Assembly (NCBI GenBank): GCA_907165135.1
Contig: OU015569.1
Span: forward strand, 10,044,001-10,108,000
Direction of reading: 5' to 3'
DNA from: Oikopleura dioica
Taxonomy: Eukaryota; Animalia; Chordata
DNA length: 64,000 nucleotides
Below are positions 12,781-23,307 of this stretch, one piece after another. The position numbers and the translations under genes were made by a program. Position 1 is the first letter of the stretch. Every line of letters starts with the position of its first letter. A model generated the notes under the pieces. It was not told the origin of the DNA. It searched no databases and saw nothing but the letters and a program-made list of their open reading frames with translations.

Positions 12781-13206
12781 ATGACTAACTTCCCGATTCC
12801 TTGTCCGATTTGTAACGAGCAGGTAACCAACAACCGAATAAAGGGGGATCACATGGAAAAGGTTCATAGGCAGGGTCTCCGCGAAAAACCTTAACCCTAG
12901 CCGGCCAAAAATGATTTTTCTCGGGTACCAGTCAAGATACTCCATATTTGGCGTCAGGGATTTACCTGCAAATAAGAATATACAAATGATAAAGGTCAAA
13001 TTATATGGTCTTGGGGAATTAGAGTAAAGCCTGTCTATCAAGATGTAATAGAAAAAAAACCGCTCCAGAATGATTTTCTAAGAAAATTTACGTTTAATAT
13101 TGTGAGGTACTTCCGCGTAGACCCTAATCAAAGACGATGGCGAAGATACCAAATTTGGGTGCGAGAAGACGATGAAAGCGACGAAATAGAATGCAGGATA
13201 GATTAA
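12781..13206 (+). pseudogene. Possible decayed C2H2 zinc-finger gene inside the element
   Basis: ATG 12781 reads MTNFPIPCPICNEQVTNNRIKGDHMEKVH (CxxC...HxxxxH). The same frame runs to TAA 13204-13206 but has stops at 12892, 12898 and 12973. Confidence 0.35.
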
Positions 13207-13453
13207 AATTTTACTTTTACCTTAGTGGGTCAGGGAGCACCATCTATGGATCACTGGTCAAAAAATCAGCACTTAGGACGAAGTGATTTTTAACTTAAAA
13301 AAAAGAAAGAAACTGTCGGGTATTTATCGATTAGCTACCCTTTTGCCACTTAGCAACTATTCTCACTTAGGGTTAGGCTTAGGAAACAGCCTTACTTGGA
13401 GAATTACTCCATGCATAATCTTCGATCTCTCAGTCCTGACTCGTGGTTCCAAC

Positions 13454-13502
13454 CTGGGCTCGGCAACCTGTGTGGAAAACCTGAGTCAGGTCCGAAAGCT
13501 CT
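13454..13502 (+). repeat. Solitary arm related to the TIR of the 6600-6787 MITE, inside the Polinton
   Basis: CTGGGCTCGGCAACCTGTGTGGAAAACCTGAGTCAGGTCCGAAAGCTCT aligns to CTGGGTTCGGCAACTTGTGTAGAAAGCCTGAGTCAGGGTCTGAAAGATCT. No partner arm was found. Confidence 0.65.
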
Positions 13503-14371
13503 CTCCAAAGTTCAGAATAGATAAGATAGGTAATTATACGTCGACTAGTATAATAGTCTAGTCCTCTTCTAGTTGGATGACTTTATCCGATGCTGAAACC
13601 AAAACCCAAATCCAAACCAAATTTTAATCTCAGACAGATGGAACTGGGACAAGGATACCCAAGCGTTCCGCGAACGAAGGCGAGGACGTCGAACTGAGCT
13701 CGACATGAGCGAAAGGAACGGTGATAGAGATTAACTCTGCGTGGAAAGGAAAATTGTATGTGTAGTATATTAACCTTTTCCCGCCAGGGTGCATCTTGAC
13801 AAAAATTACTTTTTCCGAGAAGTACTTTGACTTTTGCAAAAGTTAAAATTTGTAGAGCTACGTTTTGTTTCCAAATTTCCTGAGTCCGAATTTCCGGACA
13901 TTTTTTGGATTTTGCGGTTTTTTAAGTGGGACACTGCAAAATCGACCATGGTCAGAATTTCTGGGCAGATTCAAATTATTTTTATCCGTATACCATCATT
14001 TTTAGAATAAAAATTTTAGAGGCTCATATTTCAAGCGATGCGCCTCCTGTCGTGCATTTGGCAGATTGACTTTAGAAATTTTTGTTATAATGATCAAACG
14101 CTTTTCTTGAATTTCTGAAAAACTCTTAAAACGACGCTTTAAATAGCTTTGAGGTATACATAAAAATAATCAGCTAAGTCTCATTTTTTTTAAAATGAAA
14201 ACAATCTTGATCAAAAGTCTATCGAATATCTAGCAACTCTTAAATCTTCAATCTAGAATATCGATTTCTCACTCTTCCTTAGAAATTTCGTTTATGTCGC
14301 TGGAATCAAACATTTGTGCGTTGAACAAGAATTGTATTTGGAAATTTTACTTCCGACGGAAGGCGCGGCGC

Positions 14372-15846
14372 ATGGCAACTCATGCGTCGCAAGTTGTAAG
14401 CGCACTGATCTCGCCGATAAAACTCGACAAAGATAAGGAAACTTCATCAGATATCAAATTGAAAATGTTCGATCTACCTTCTAATCCTGACGGCATCGCC
14501 CAAGCTTACAACCTAACAAACCAATTTATACTTTTACTGGGAGCACTCTGGACTACTATCAGAGACCAATACATTTTGGCGGTCGATAAAGAGACCTATC
14601 TTCGTCGAATTCGTAAGTTATTCTTGTTCCACTACTATCAATCATCTCATTTTTAAGGTGGTCTTCTCGACCATTTGGACTTTGACATGCCCCTTGTGGC
14701 AAGACTCGAAGACATGATTGAGAACTCAGACGGAGAAATTGACATTGACGATTCCAGCGACGCATCCTCCTCCTCCGAAGATGACTCTGATGATGATGAA
14801 ACCTACTATCCTAGCTCTCCTCCAAAAACAAGATGTAAGAGTCAACGTTCAAGCAAATTCTTGATTGTTTTTTTAGCTGCCAAACGAAGATTGTTCGAAT
14901 CTGATGAGCCGGAACAAAAGCGACCAAAAATTGACCAGCTCGATCAGCTTGAAAATGATGAAGTTGACAATGGAAGCGATAATGGGGAAGACATCGACGC
15001 TGAGGCTGAAGAGGACGACGCTGCTGGAGATTCTGACGTTTTTGAAGCTGACGACGCAGCTGAAGAAAACGACGCAGCTGAAAGCAACGATGATAGCGGC
15101 GCTGATACTGGTCCTGATAGCGAGGAAGAATGGGCGACTCGTCCAAAGTCGCAAAAGAATCAACTTTGGACTCAAACGACCTGGGACATGTGCCAACCTT
15201 CCACGAGTCGAGCATCAATGTTCACACCGCCGCCGACGCCTCCTCCATTTGACTCTCCCCGTCCTCAACCATTTGAGTTTCCTTCTCCGGCTGGACGACC
15301 ATCTGTTATTCAATCTCCTCGGGTTCCCGAATTCCGACCGATTTCCATTCAACAAATGATGGCTTCAGCAATCCCAACAAGTAAATATTTTTATTTAAGC
15401 TTCTATTAATTTTCATCAAGTTGATTTGACTGGAGATTCGTCTTCCGACGATGACGATCAAGTTGTCCCAGGTAATTTGAACTTTCGAATCCCTCTCTAA
15501 CAATTATCTAGCGATAGACATTGCCTACGCTGATAGTACTTTCGACTCCTTGGACGGCGAACAATTCCAGCAGATCGTCGATGAGAACGACGCTCAAGCA
15601 AGAGCAGAAGAAATCCGTCAGCTGCAATCGGAGCTGGAGAATCCGTCAAGAGGAGGTACTCCTGATACGATTATCGATGCTTGCTTATCGCCGTATCTTT
15701 TAGGGGAGACTCTGGACACAGCACTCAGCATGGGACTCATCACACGAGAAACTACCGAGTTCATCGACGAAGTTGCTGAGATGATGGAAGACGAAGAAGA
15801 TCCTCCCGCCACCGTGACGCCAGAAAAAACCTTTACTGAGCTTTGA
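14372..15846 (+). CDS. Polinton accessory gene: acidic, Pro/Ser-rich protein of unknown function (435 aa, 5 exons)
   Basis: Exons 14372-14612, 14658-14834, 14877-15380, 15421-15471, 15512-15846. Four GT-AG introns of 45/42/40/40 nt, all phase 1, join the ORF-track fragments into one frame. Long D/E tracts and FTPPPTPPP. Confidence 0.75.
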
Positions 15847-16013
15847 ATTCCTTCCTCTTTGCAAACTCTTCTGTTTCCTTACTTCCGGTGATTTAGTTTC
15901 TTTCAATAAACATGCTTTGGTGAACTTCCGTTGTTTTTTTAGCACTGATTTGAGGCATTGATTTAGGGCATAAAAATGAGCTTGATAGCTCAAAAATTAT
16001 CATTAAAAAAAAA

Positions 16014-16259
16014 ATGAATCGCAGCGCACCAGTCTCAGAAGAATTTCCTTTTCTCGACTTGATTTGCAAAATCAACGAAGAAATCATCAGCCAGAACAAA
16101 GCTGCTACAACCCTTGTTGCACTCGCGATCGCTGGTTACTGCTGGATGGCAATCAAGATTTGCAAGATGAAGCCAAAGAAGAAGTCGACTGCGAAAAGAG
16201 CCTCGATCGTCGTTACTGATTCTGATCCTGCTTTGTCTCCTCAAGATTCTTGGGTATGA
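16014..16259 (+). CDS. Polinton accessory gene: small single-pass membrane protein (81 aa)
   Basis: ATG-initiated ORF with hydrophobic TLVALAIAGYCWMAIKIC followed by basic KMKPKKK. Confidence 0.55.
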   Translation: MNRSAPVSEEFPFLDLICKINEEIISQNKAATTLVALAIAGYCWMAIKICKMKPKKKSTAKRASIVVTDSDPALSPQDSWV

Positions 16260-16425
16260 TATGCTTTCTATCCTGCTCGAACTCCTGCTTGTTAAACACG
16301 TTGGATTCTTTTTTTAGTTTTTATTGTGTCTGTGATTTGATAAATATGATTTGGAACTGTTAAGAAATATATATTTCAATAAATTTGAACATGATTAGGC
16401 ACTTGAAGTTAAATATTTATGGCAA

Positions 16426-16630
16426 AAAAATATCAGTTTTTGGCTAGTTTTGAAGTGGCAGGTTGTTATTCGCTTGCAAAAAAGATTAGCTGTTTTACAT
16501 AAGGTTTTATCGTTGACGTTTCAATTATGTTTTATCAATAAAATATCAGTTATGGCTAGTTATGAAGTGGCAGGTTACAATACGCTTGAATTAGCTAGTT
16601 TCAATAAGGTTAACGTTTCAATTATGTTTT
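16426..16630. repeat. Imperfect tandem duplication (~100-bp unit, 2 copies)
   Basis: AAATATCAGTT(T/A)TGGCTAGTT(T/A)TGAAGTGGCAGGTT...CGTTTCAATTATGTTTT occurs twice in succession. Confidence 0.75.
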
Positions 16631-16660
16631 CCGTGAAAAGTAAAATGATCTTGCAATATT

Positions 16661-17034
16661 CTACTCTTCCATCATGTCGATCTGGTCACCATCACATTCC
16701 ATCTCTTCATCCACGCTGTCGACTTCCATTTCCTTGTTCACGCTGTCGATTTCCATTTCCTCGTTCTCGGTATCTACATCCATTTTCGCGGTCATTTCCC
16801 ATTCCATTCCTTCGTTGTTTATTTTCATCTTGGCCATCATTTGTGTTGCTAGCTCGACATCCTTGTTGAATTCTACTTCAGCTTTAATTTGATTAACTTT
16901 TGAATTTCGGCTGTTAAAATACCTTTGATAAGGATGAATAGGTCGGAAACTGAGCGAAGATTTTCGTTTTTGATTGCGTCTATGATCTTTCGCTCCCACG
17001 GGGTCAAGGGGCGCTCGGAATCGAGTTCTCTCAT
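16661..17034 (-). CDS. Polinton accessory gene: small acidic Met/Glu-rich protein (110 aa, 2 exons)
   Basis: Exons 17034-16923 and 16881-16661. A 41-nt GT-AG phase-1 intron (16882-16922) joins MRELDSERP...LFILIK to AEVEFNKDV...DMMEE. Repeated EMEvDS motif. Confidence 0.7.
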
Positions 17035-17324
17035 CTTGCTTCGCTCTGCGCTTTTTTTGGCGCCAGTTTGGCTGGTCCTGCGGTGCGCGCGCCTGCCGCA
17101 GGCTAGGTTCACGCGTGCGGGGGTTGAAAAGGCGAATCAGCGGAGCGCCCGCTCAAGGGCGGGCCAATTTCAAGCACGCACTTTGCCCTGCACTTGCATC
17201 TTCGAAAGAGAATCATTCTGCAGAGAAACAAAAAGAGAAATATCGAAATTTCCTTTCTGCCTTTCAATTTAAATTCTTAGGCTGACTATAAATAATAAAT
17301 AGAGATAAACTGTCATATATCAGC

Positions 17325-17444
17325 AGCCGCAAGCGGCTTGTTGATTAAGCAAGTCTTTCTGATTCTTATATACGCAGTCGCGAGCGACTTCTTGATTTTT
17401 TTTTAGCTCATCTGATTTTTTTCTTTACGCAGCCGCAAGCGGCT
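17325..17444. promoter_or_regulatory. Three short palindromes (AGCCGC-AA-GCGGCT / AGTCGC-GA-GCGACT) in a divergent intergenic region
   Basis: Copies at 17325-17338, 17376-17389 and 17431-17444. The middle copy has compensatory C>T/G>A stem changes. Function is inferred only. Confidence 0.45.
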
Positions 17445-17515
17445 TCTCGATTTTAAATTATCTTCTCTTCAACTCTTTACTTTTAATAAGAGCTAAACAA
17501 GTTTTGGGTTCAGAG

Positions 17516-18143
17516 ATGAGACGATTCGTTGTTCATCTCCCAGGTGGAGACGATGATGTCTCGACGACTGACTTTCCCTCGACGTCCAAGACTGGCTTAC
17601 CCTGGGAGTCCACCACCAGCACAGCCGAGGAAATGACAAGGACTTTGTTAGACAATCCAAAGTCGGACAACTCAAGCTTGCTCAAAGCAGCCTGCTTGCA
17701 AGGTAACCGCGAGTGTATGAGCGATAGTTTCAATTATCTTACTTAGCCGCAATCGGGTCAACGATCTGGCTCATACTCATTCTGATGTACAGATATCGAG
17801 TGCGTATAAGAACCTGGATCTGGGACTGCAAGAGAATTCTCACCCAGGGAAGTCCTCACCCGAAAGGTAAATTTCAATTCTTTAGTCTCGAACTCATACA
17901 AGAATAATAGATAACAGAAAAGACGAAACAATCAAAGAAGACGAAGGTTCAAGAAAGGACGAGGGCAAAAGGAACGATGAAGACATCCAGGAAGTTGACG
18001 AGAGCAAGCCAAAGAAGAAGAAAAAGTATGAAGAATGGGGTCCAAACGAGAAGCACGAGTTCGTGATGCCCGAGTGGCTCAAGTGGAACGGTACCTGGCG
18101 AAAGAAAAAAGAAGATGGAAAGCCAAAAATTCAGGAAGTCTGA
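17516..18143 (+). CDS. Polinton accessory gene: single-pass membrane protein with Ser/Thr-rich N-part and charged tail (179 aa, 3 exons; 5' end uncertain)
   Basis: Exons 17516-17702, 17747-17866, 17911-18143, with two 44-nt phase-1 GT-AG introns. TM segment AAIGSTIWLILILMY is followed by RYRVRIR. Confidence 0.65.
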
Positions 18144-18231
18144 AAAGAACTGTTGACATGAAAGTTTTTGAATGATGATAGCGAGTTTAATGCAATACTT
18201 TTTCATTTAAAAGACTGAATCTCGGGTGATT

Positions 18232-18650
18232 ATGTGCGACTCGTGGACTGACTACAGATTCGATTACATCGCCCAAGACGAGCTTGAAGAATTTTGCTCC
18301 TGCCAAGGTAAAGCCTTTCAATAAAGAATTTTTGCTATTTACGACTCAAGCCACATTTACTAAAAGCTTTCATACAGTCATTAAATTTGAGAGATATATT
18401 TCTACAGAGCTCCATTTATACGATTCTTAGAGCCGGCGATGAAAGCAAAGATCGAGGAGATTATGAACATCTCAATTCTCGCTGCCGTTGGCGTCTCGAT
18501 CCTGATGATGATCATCCTCGTCTGCCTCATCGTCAAGAAGCAAAAGAATGAACCTCCACGAAGAAGTAAGCAAATATCAAAAAAACTTTATCTCAATTCA
18601 ACTTAGACTTGCTGATCTCACGACCTGTTCATCTTCCAGAAGACATCTAA
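18232..18650 (+). CDS. Polinton accessory gene: small single-pass membrane protein (84 aa, 3 exons)
   Basis: Exons 18232-18307, 18431-18565, 18607-18650, with phase-1 GT-AG introns of 123 and 41 nt. TM ISILAAVGVSILMMIILVCLIV is followed by KKQK. Confidence 0.65.
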
Positions 18651-19295
18651 ACTCCTTGAAAACAAAGTAAGTTTTTTGAAATTATTTTCTCTCATTTCTA
18701 ATTCACTTGAAGGCTCTCACATCTTTGTTGCCGCTCTTCTTCTCATTCCTGTGTGCGAAACGACAATCCTCCTTCTTCCATCTCTCAACCTTTGTGTGCT
18801 TCTCCCGTGTGCCGATTCAATACCTTCTTTCTTCCCAATCTACAGGACATTCACTCTCTTCCTCCGTGTGCCATCCTTTCAATATCCCGTGTGCCGCCAT
18901 CAATTTCTTCATCTAAAAGGACACTCTCTTAAACATTTATTTCTATTTAATTTCAGAGAGTAAAAAAGAATGATGGGTCGAAGACCAATACCAACGATTT
19001 CTCCTACGACAGCTACAACAGAAACAGGCCTGGAAACAACAACTTCTCCTGAGACAGACAGCGGCAAGACAGACGTGATTTTTTTGTATCTCATACGCAG
19101 AACAAGGGTTCAGACAATCTTAAAGAGTTTTCTTTTTCACGAATTTTCGAACCCAGTTCAGACTGCTTAGTTAAGTTTTTCTCAAAAGAGGTTGCTCTCA
19201 TCGTAGTGATTTTGGTCTGGCTTTACTTCGTTTTTCGTCTTGTAATTCAAGGTGAATTGATTTCCTGCTCCGTAAAAACTAAAATTGAGTTTCAG

Positions 19296-19894
19296 CCATT
19301 GTCCATGTTATTACCATCCGACACGCTCGTCAGCCAGAAAATCAGCCACCAGCAACAGAACCGCCAGCAAGTCGACAATCAGAAGCTCATCAGCCACAAG
19401 GCAGCCTACCAGGTTTGAGATGTCCTGAAAAACAGCTTATTATATGATATTTAGTACAATCTCCTTCTCCTGAACTCGAGTGGGACGGTTCATTTGACGC
19501 CTTGCCCCTTGACCTGTCCTCGACCGCTCCAAGATCGAATACCAATCTCCTCACTCCGTCTTCTGCTTCCCCTGCTGCCAACAATCCGACTACTGCGACA
19601 CGCGATCCGACGGTCAACTCTGCTGCTTCCGCTCTCAATCTAACTCCTGCCCGTCAAACTGACAATTCCGCCGCTCGCCTTTCTGCTCGCAAACCAAGTG
19701 CCGCTTCTTCAATTGCTACGCCTTCAGTTTCGCCAGCAAACCCTGCCACTTCCGGCCTCCGAAAAGCTCCAAAGAAAACTTCCACCCGCCTTGCCGAGCC
19801 AAAAATCACAAACAGTCAACCGACCTCCATGGAATGGATCAGTTCGCACGACTTCCGCCGCGACAACAAAGACTCAAACCAAGCGAGACGTTGA
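19296..19894 (+). CDS. Polinton accessory gene: Ser/Thr/Pro/Ala-rich low-complexity protein (ends unresolved)
   Basis: Exon 19296-19412 joins exon 19455 onward through a 42-nt phase-1 GT-AG intron, in frame with ORF 19502-19894. A further possible intron (19890-19944) would extend it to 20042. Confidence 0.5.
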
Positions 19895-20207
19895 GCAACC
19901 AGGTTAAAGACACCAAAAGAAAATTGAACTAACAAACATTCTAGCTCGAGCAGTTCGCCAGCGTAAACAGACGTCCTCCCTGTCGATCAACCATTCCCGG
20001 AAAAATATTAGCTGCCTTTTCAAATGCCTTCCTTTTCTTTGACTGATAATATAGAACATAAGCTATCTACCGAAAGTCCAGATAAAGAATCTCAGAGGTT
20101 TGCAGGAATATATACAAATATTTTATGCATAAATACTATAGAAACATCAAAAATGAAAAGTTAAGGGAGTTTAAACGCAAATCTTTATATTATTGGCCGG
20201 AAGGTAG

Positions 20208-21432
20208 CCAAATTTGGAAATATGTATATTGATATACATGTTTTCTTTTTCCTCAGAGAAAATTTTTGAAACGAGATATGATATTTTTCTTTCTTGATTT
20301 TTGAAGCTTAAGAACTACTCTTTAAAAGCCATCATTATAAAAATCTCTGGCATGAATGGTTCCACCAGAAAATTTGCGTCAAAATTGACCGAAAACCGAG
20401 AATTTTCGGAAAAATTCTGAAATTTCGATTTTTCGAAAACCATCAAAATATTCGCTTAAATTGTCTCTTATGGATGTTTTTTCACCAGAAATGGCAAAAA
20501 AAAGGCTAGAAACAACAAACCGTGAAAAAATCATCCAAATTTGGAAATATGTATATTGATATACATGTTTTCTTTTTCCTCAGAGAAAATTTTTGAAACG
20601 AGATATGATATTTTTCTTTCTTGATTTTTGAAGCTTAAGAACTGCTCATTAAAACCCATTATTATTAAAATCTGTGGAATGAATGGTTCTTCCAGAAAAT
20701 TCGCGTCGAAATTGGCCAAAAATCGAGAATTTTCGGAAAAATTCTGAAATTTCGATTTTTCAAAAAACCGTCGTAATATTCGCTTAAATTGATCCTTATG
20801 GTTGTTTGGTCACTAAAAATGGTAAAAAACATCTAGAAACAACAAACTGAGAAAAAAATATTTGATTTTGGAGAAAAAATCATCCAAATTTGAAAATATG
20901 TATATTGATATACATGTTTTCTTTTTCGTCAGAAAGAAATTTTGAATAGAGATATGATATTTTTCTTTCTTGTTTTTTGAAGCTTGAGAGCTACTCTTCA
21001 AAAGCCATCATTACACAAATCTGTGGAATGAATGGTTCCACCAGAAAATTTGCGTCAAAATTGACCAAAAATCGAGAATTTCCGGAAAAATGCTGAAATT
21101 TCGATTTTTCAAAACCGTCGTAATATTCGCTTAAATTGATCTTTATGGTTGTTTGGTCACTAAAAATGGTAAAAACAGCTAGAAACAACAAACTGAGAAA
21201 AATATTTGATTTTGGAGAAAAAATCATCCAAATTTGAAAATATGTATATTGATATACATGTTTTCTTTTTCGTCAGAAAAAATTTTGAACAGAGATATGA
21301 TATTTTTCTTTCTTGTTTTTTGAAGCTTGAGAACTACTCTTTAAAAGTCATCATTACACAAATCTCTGGCATGAATGGTTCCACCGGAAAATTCGCGTCA
21401 AAATTCACCAAAAATCAAGAATTTTCGGAAAA
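20208..21432. repeat. Tandem array of an AT-rich ~340-bp unit (about 3.6 copies) inside the Polinton
   Basis: Units start with CCAAATTTG(G/A)AAATATGTATATTGATATACATG at 20208, 20535, 20884 and 21228 (periods 327, 349, 344). No consistent coding frame. Confidence 0.92.
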
Positions 21433-21769
21433 CCGAAAACTTTCATTTTTGGGAAAGAAAGTTCCACTTTCATTTTTCTTCATCAAAGAAAATGTTTATA
21501 AACAATATGCAGGGTCGATTGCTCTGTCTTTGCCTCAACGATAAATAAATTACTTTTGAAATTTTATTTCTTTGTTTATTTGGAGACTGGCAGAAAGTGA
21601 TGTACTAAAGAAACATGTGGAAAGTTATTGAGAATGATAAAGCAGTGCCATACATCCGAGACGAGGGAAAAAAATGCAAAGAAAAAGAAAGATAGTGAGA
21701 AAGGCGCAGAAAAGGGGAGAAAAGCAGGACATGGATACTCGTCAATCGAGTAAGGGAGTCTTCGTTGTT

Positions 21770-22303
21770 TCATTCCAGCTGGTAAGTGTAGATTTGCAAG
21801 GTTCCAATGGTCAAATCAGGCTTGATCTCCAGGGCGACATCGAATTTGGGATTCTTGATTTTGTATTTTTTTCCCTCGTCTCGAATGTATGGCACGTCTG
21901 TATCAATCACTTGCCGAAAGTCACCGCTGCCGCGGAAGATTACGGAGACGTGGCGACTTCTTGTCATCGAGCGTTCCCGAACTTTGACGGTTCTTCCTTC
22001 GTAATTTTTTGATCGGCATGACGCGAGGTTGATTTTGTAGAAGCATGGATGGTCCTGCATTCCAAGTGGATACGTGATGACCTGAAGAAGGTCCGTCTTG
22101 AATCCGCGCATGACGACCGGACCTCTCCAGTCAAGAAGGCCAGGGAGAGATTTCGAGCGTTTTATCCATCTCTCAAGGTATTTCGTCGATCCGCTCACTT
22201 CACGCTCCATGGACCTCGCTATGTCCATGTGATTGTATTCAGCTTTATTCTCTTTTTCGACGTCGCTGTCAGCAAGATTCATGGAGGAGAACTTGTCATT
22301 CAT
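21770..22303 (-). CDS. Polinton accessory gene, unknown function (177 aa, intronless)
   Basis: ATG-initiated open frame with globular composition. No motif recognised. Confidence 0.65.
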   Translation of the reverse strand: MNDKFSSMNLADSDVEKENKAEYNHMDIARSMEREVSGSTKYLERWIKRSKSLPGLLDWRGPVVMRGFKTDLLQVITYPLGMQDHPCFYKINLASCRSKNYEGRTVKVRERSMTRSRHVSVIFRGSGDFRQVIDTDVPYIRDEGKKYKIKNPKFDVALEIKPDLTIGTLQIYTYQLE

Positions 22304-22507
22304 TTTCTGCTTGCAAAAAGAGTGTTTCGATTTTGATACTTCTGCCCAAAACTCTCTGCTTTTATCAGTATCTTCATTTCTAGCGCCTCCATTAGGCCAT
22401 ATGGCACCTGCAAGATTTAACGCAGCTTAAATTTCATGCACTGGATTTTATTGAGAACAGCTTGCCTAGGTGCACAGGGAAAGACAGATTGCAGCGTTTA
22501 AAAAGTT

Positions 22508-23119
22508 TTACTCGATTCCAGTTTCATGAACGATGTCCATAAAGTTGGTGTACTCAAACGGCAAATTGCAGAAGGAGCATCTTTTGAATTCACGTCGGAT
22601 TTTCTCGTAGCATTTCGTGCAGTAGAAGTGTTTGCAGGGGCTGTGTGTCTAATAAAAGCGTCCGTTAAAAATGTGAAGAAAAAAAGTTTAAGTTACCATT
22701 GGTTCTTCTTCTCCATGGCAAATCATGCAGTTTTTCATCTCTTCATCGTCGATCTGTCTCGCAGCCATTCTTCTTTGTCGAAGTTTCGTAACCAGTGATC
22801 CAAAGCAGTCTGCAATCGAAAAAGTTTTGCAGAAATCCGAAACTGTAAGTGGGTACGAAAAATACTCGTCGTCGCATTTGATAGCCTGTTTCTCGAAAGC
22901 TCTCCATTCTTCGGGCGTCAAAGGGACATACGCTTGTCCTTTGCACAATTCACAATGTGAATATCTTGTAGCTTTCGTTCCCTCTTCGTTCTTTGCATAC
23001 TTCACGTCGGGATGAAAAACACCGAAATTCCGAGTAATTTTCTTATTGCATTGCAGGCAGAAAATTACAATCTCATCTTCGGTGAAGTCTTCATTTATAA
23101 GGTAGTATTTCCGTGGCAT
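22508..23119 (-). CDS. C3HC4 RING-finger protein (putative E3 ubiquitin ligase) with N-terminal CxxC...CxxC zinc ribbon (187 aa, 2 exons)
   Basis: Exons 23119-22697 and 22648-22508. A 48-nt GT-AG intron splits the RING, which reads CMIC-HGEEEPMTHSP-C-K-H-FY-C-TK-C-YEKIRREFKR-C-SF-C after splicing. N-terminal CLQC and CELC pairs. Confidence 0.85.
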
Positions 23120-23307
23120 TTTAGATGAAAAGTTTGCGAGCACGAGTTTTTTTATAATTCGAGGTTGAGCCCAAACTCTTGATGGCGCCGAGTTTCGCGG
23201 CGTGCTTTCAGATTTGTGGCGTTCTTTCCGGTTACGCAGTGTGCGTTCAGAGCTCAATTGCGACGCTAGAAATTCAAAATAAAAAGTCTGGGTAGAGAAG
23301 AAAAAGA

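Noticed and set aside
12781-13206. Alternative genetic code (TAA/TAG read as sense)
   Set aside because: Core genes of the element and host genes terminate normally at TAA/TAG.
13367-13383. Telomere-like TTAGGGTTAGGCTTAGG run
   Set aside because: Only three degenerate units; not a telomere or meaningful interstitial array.
20208-21432. ORFs listed within the 340-bp array (e.g. 20531-20719, 20991-21227, 21206-21544)
   Set aside because: Frames are not preserved between repeat copies and the composition is A/T-tract driven; likely spurious.
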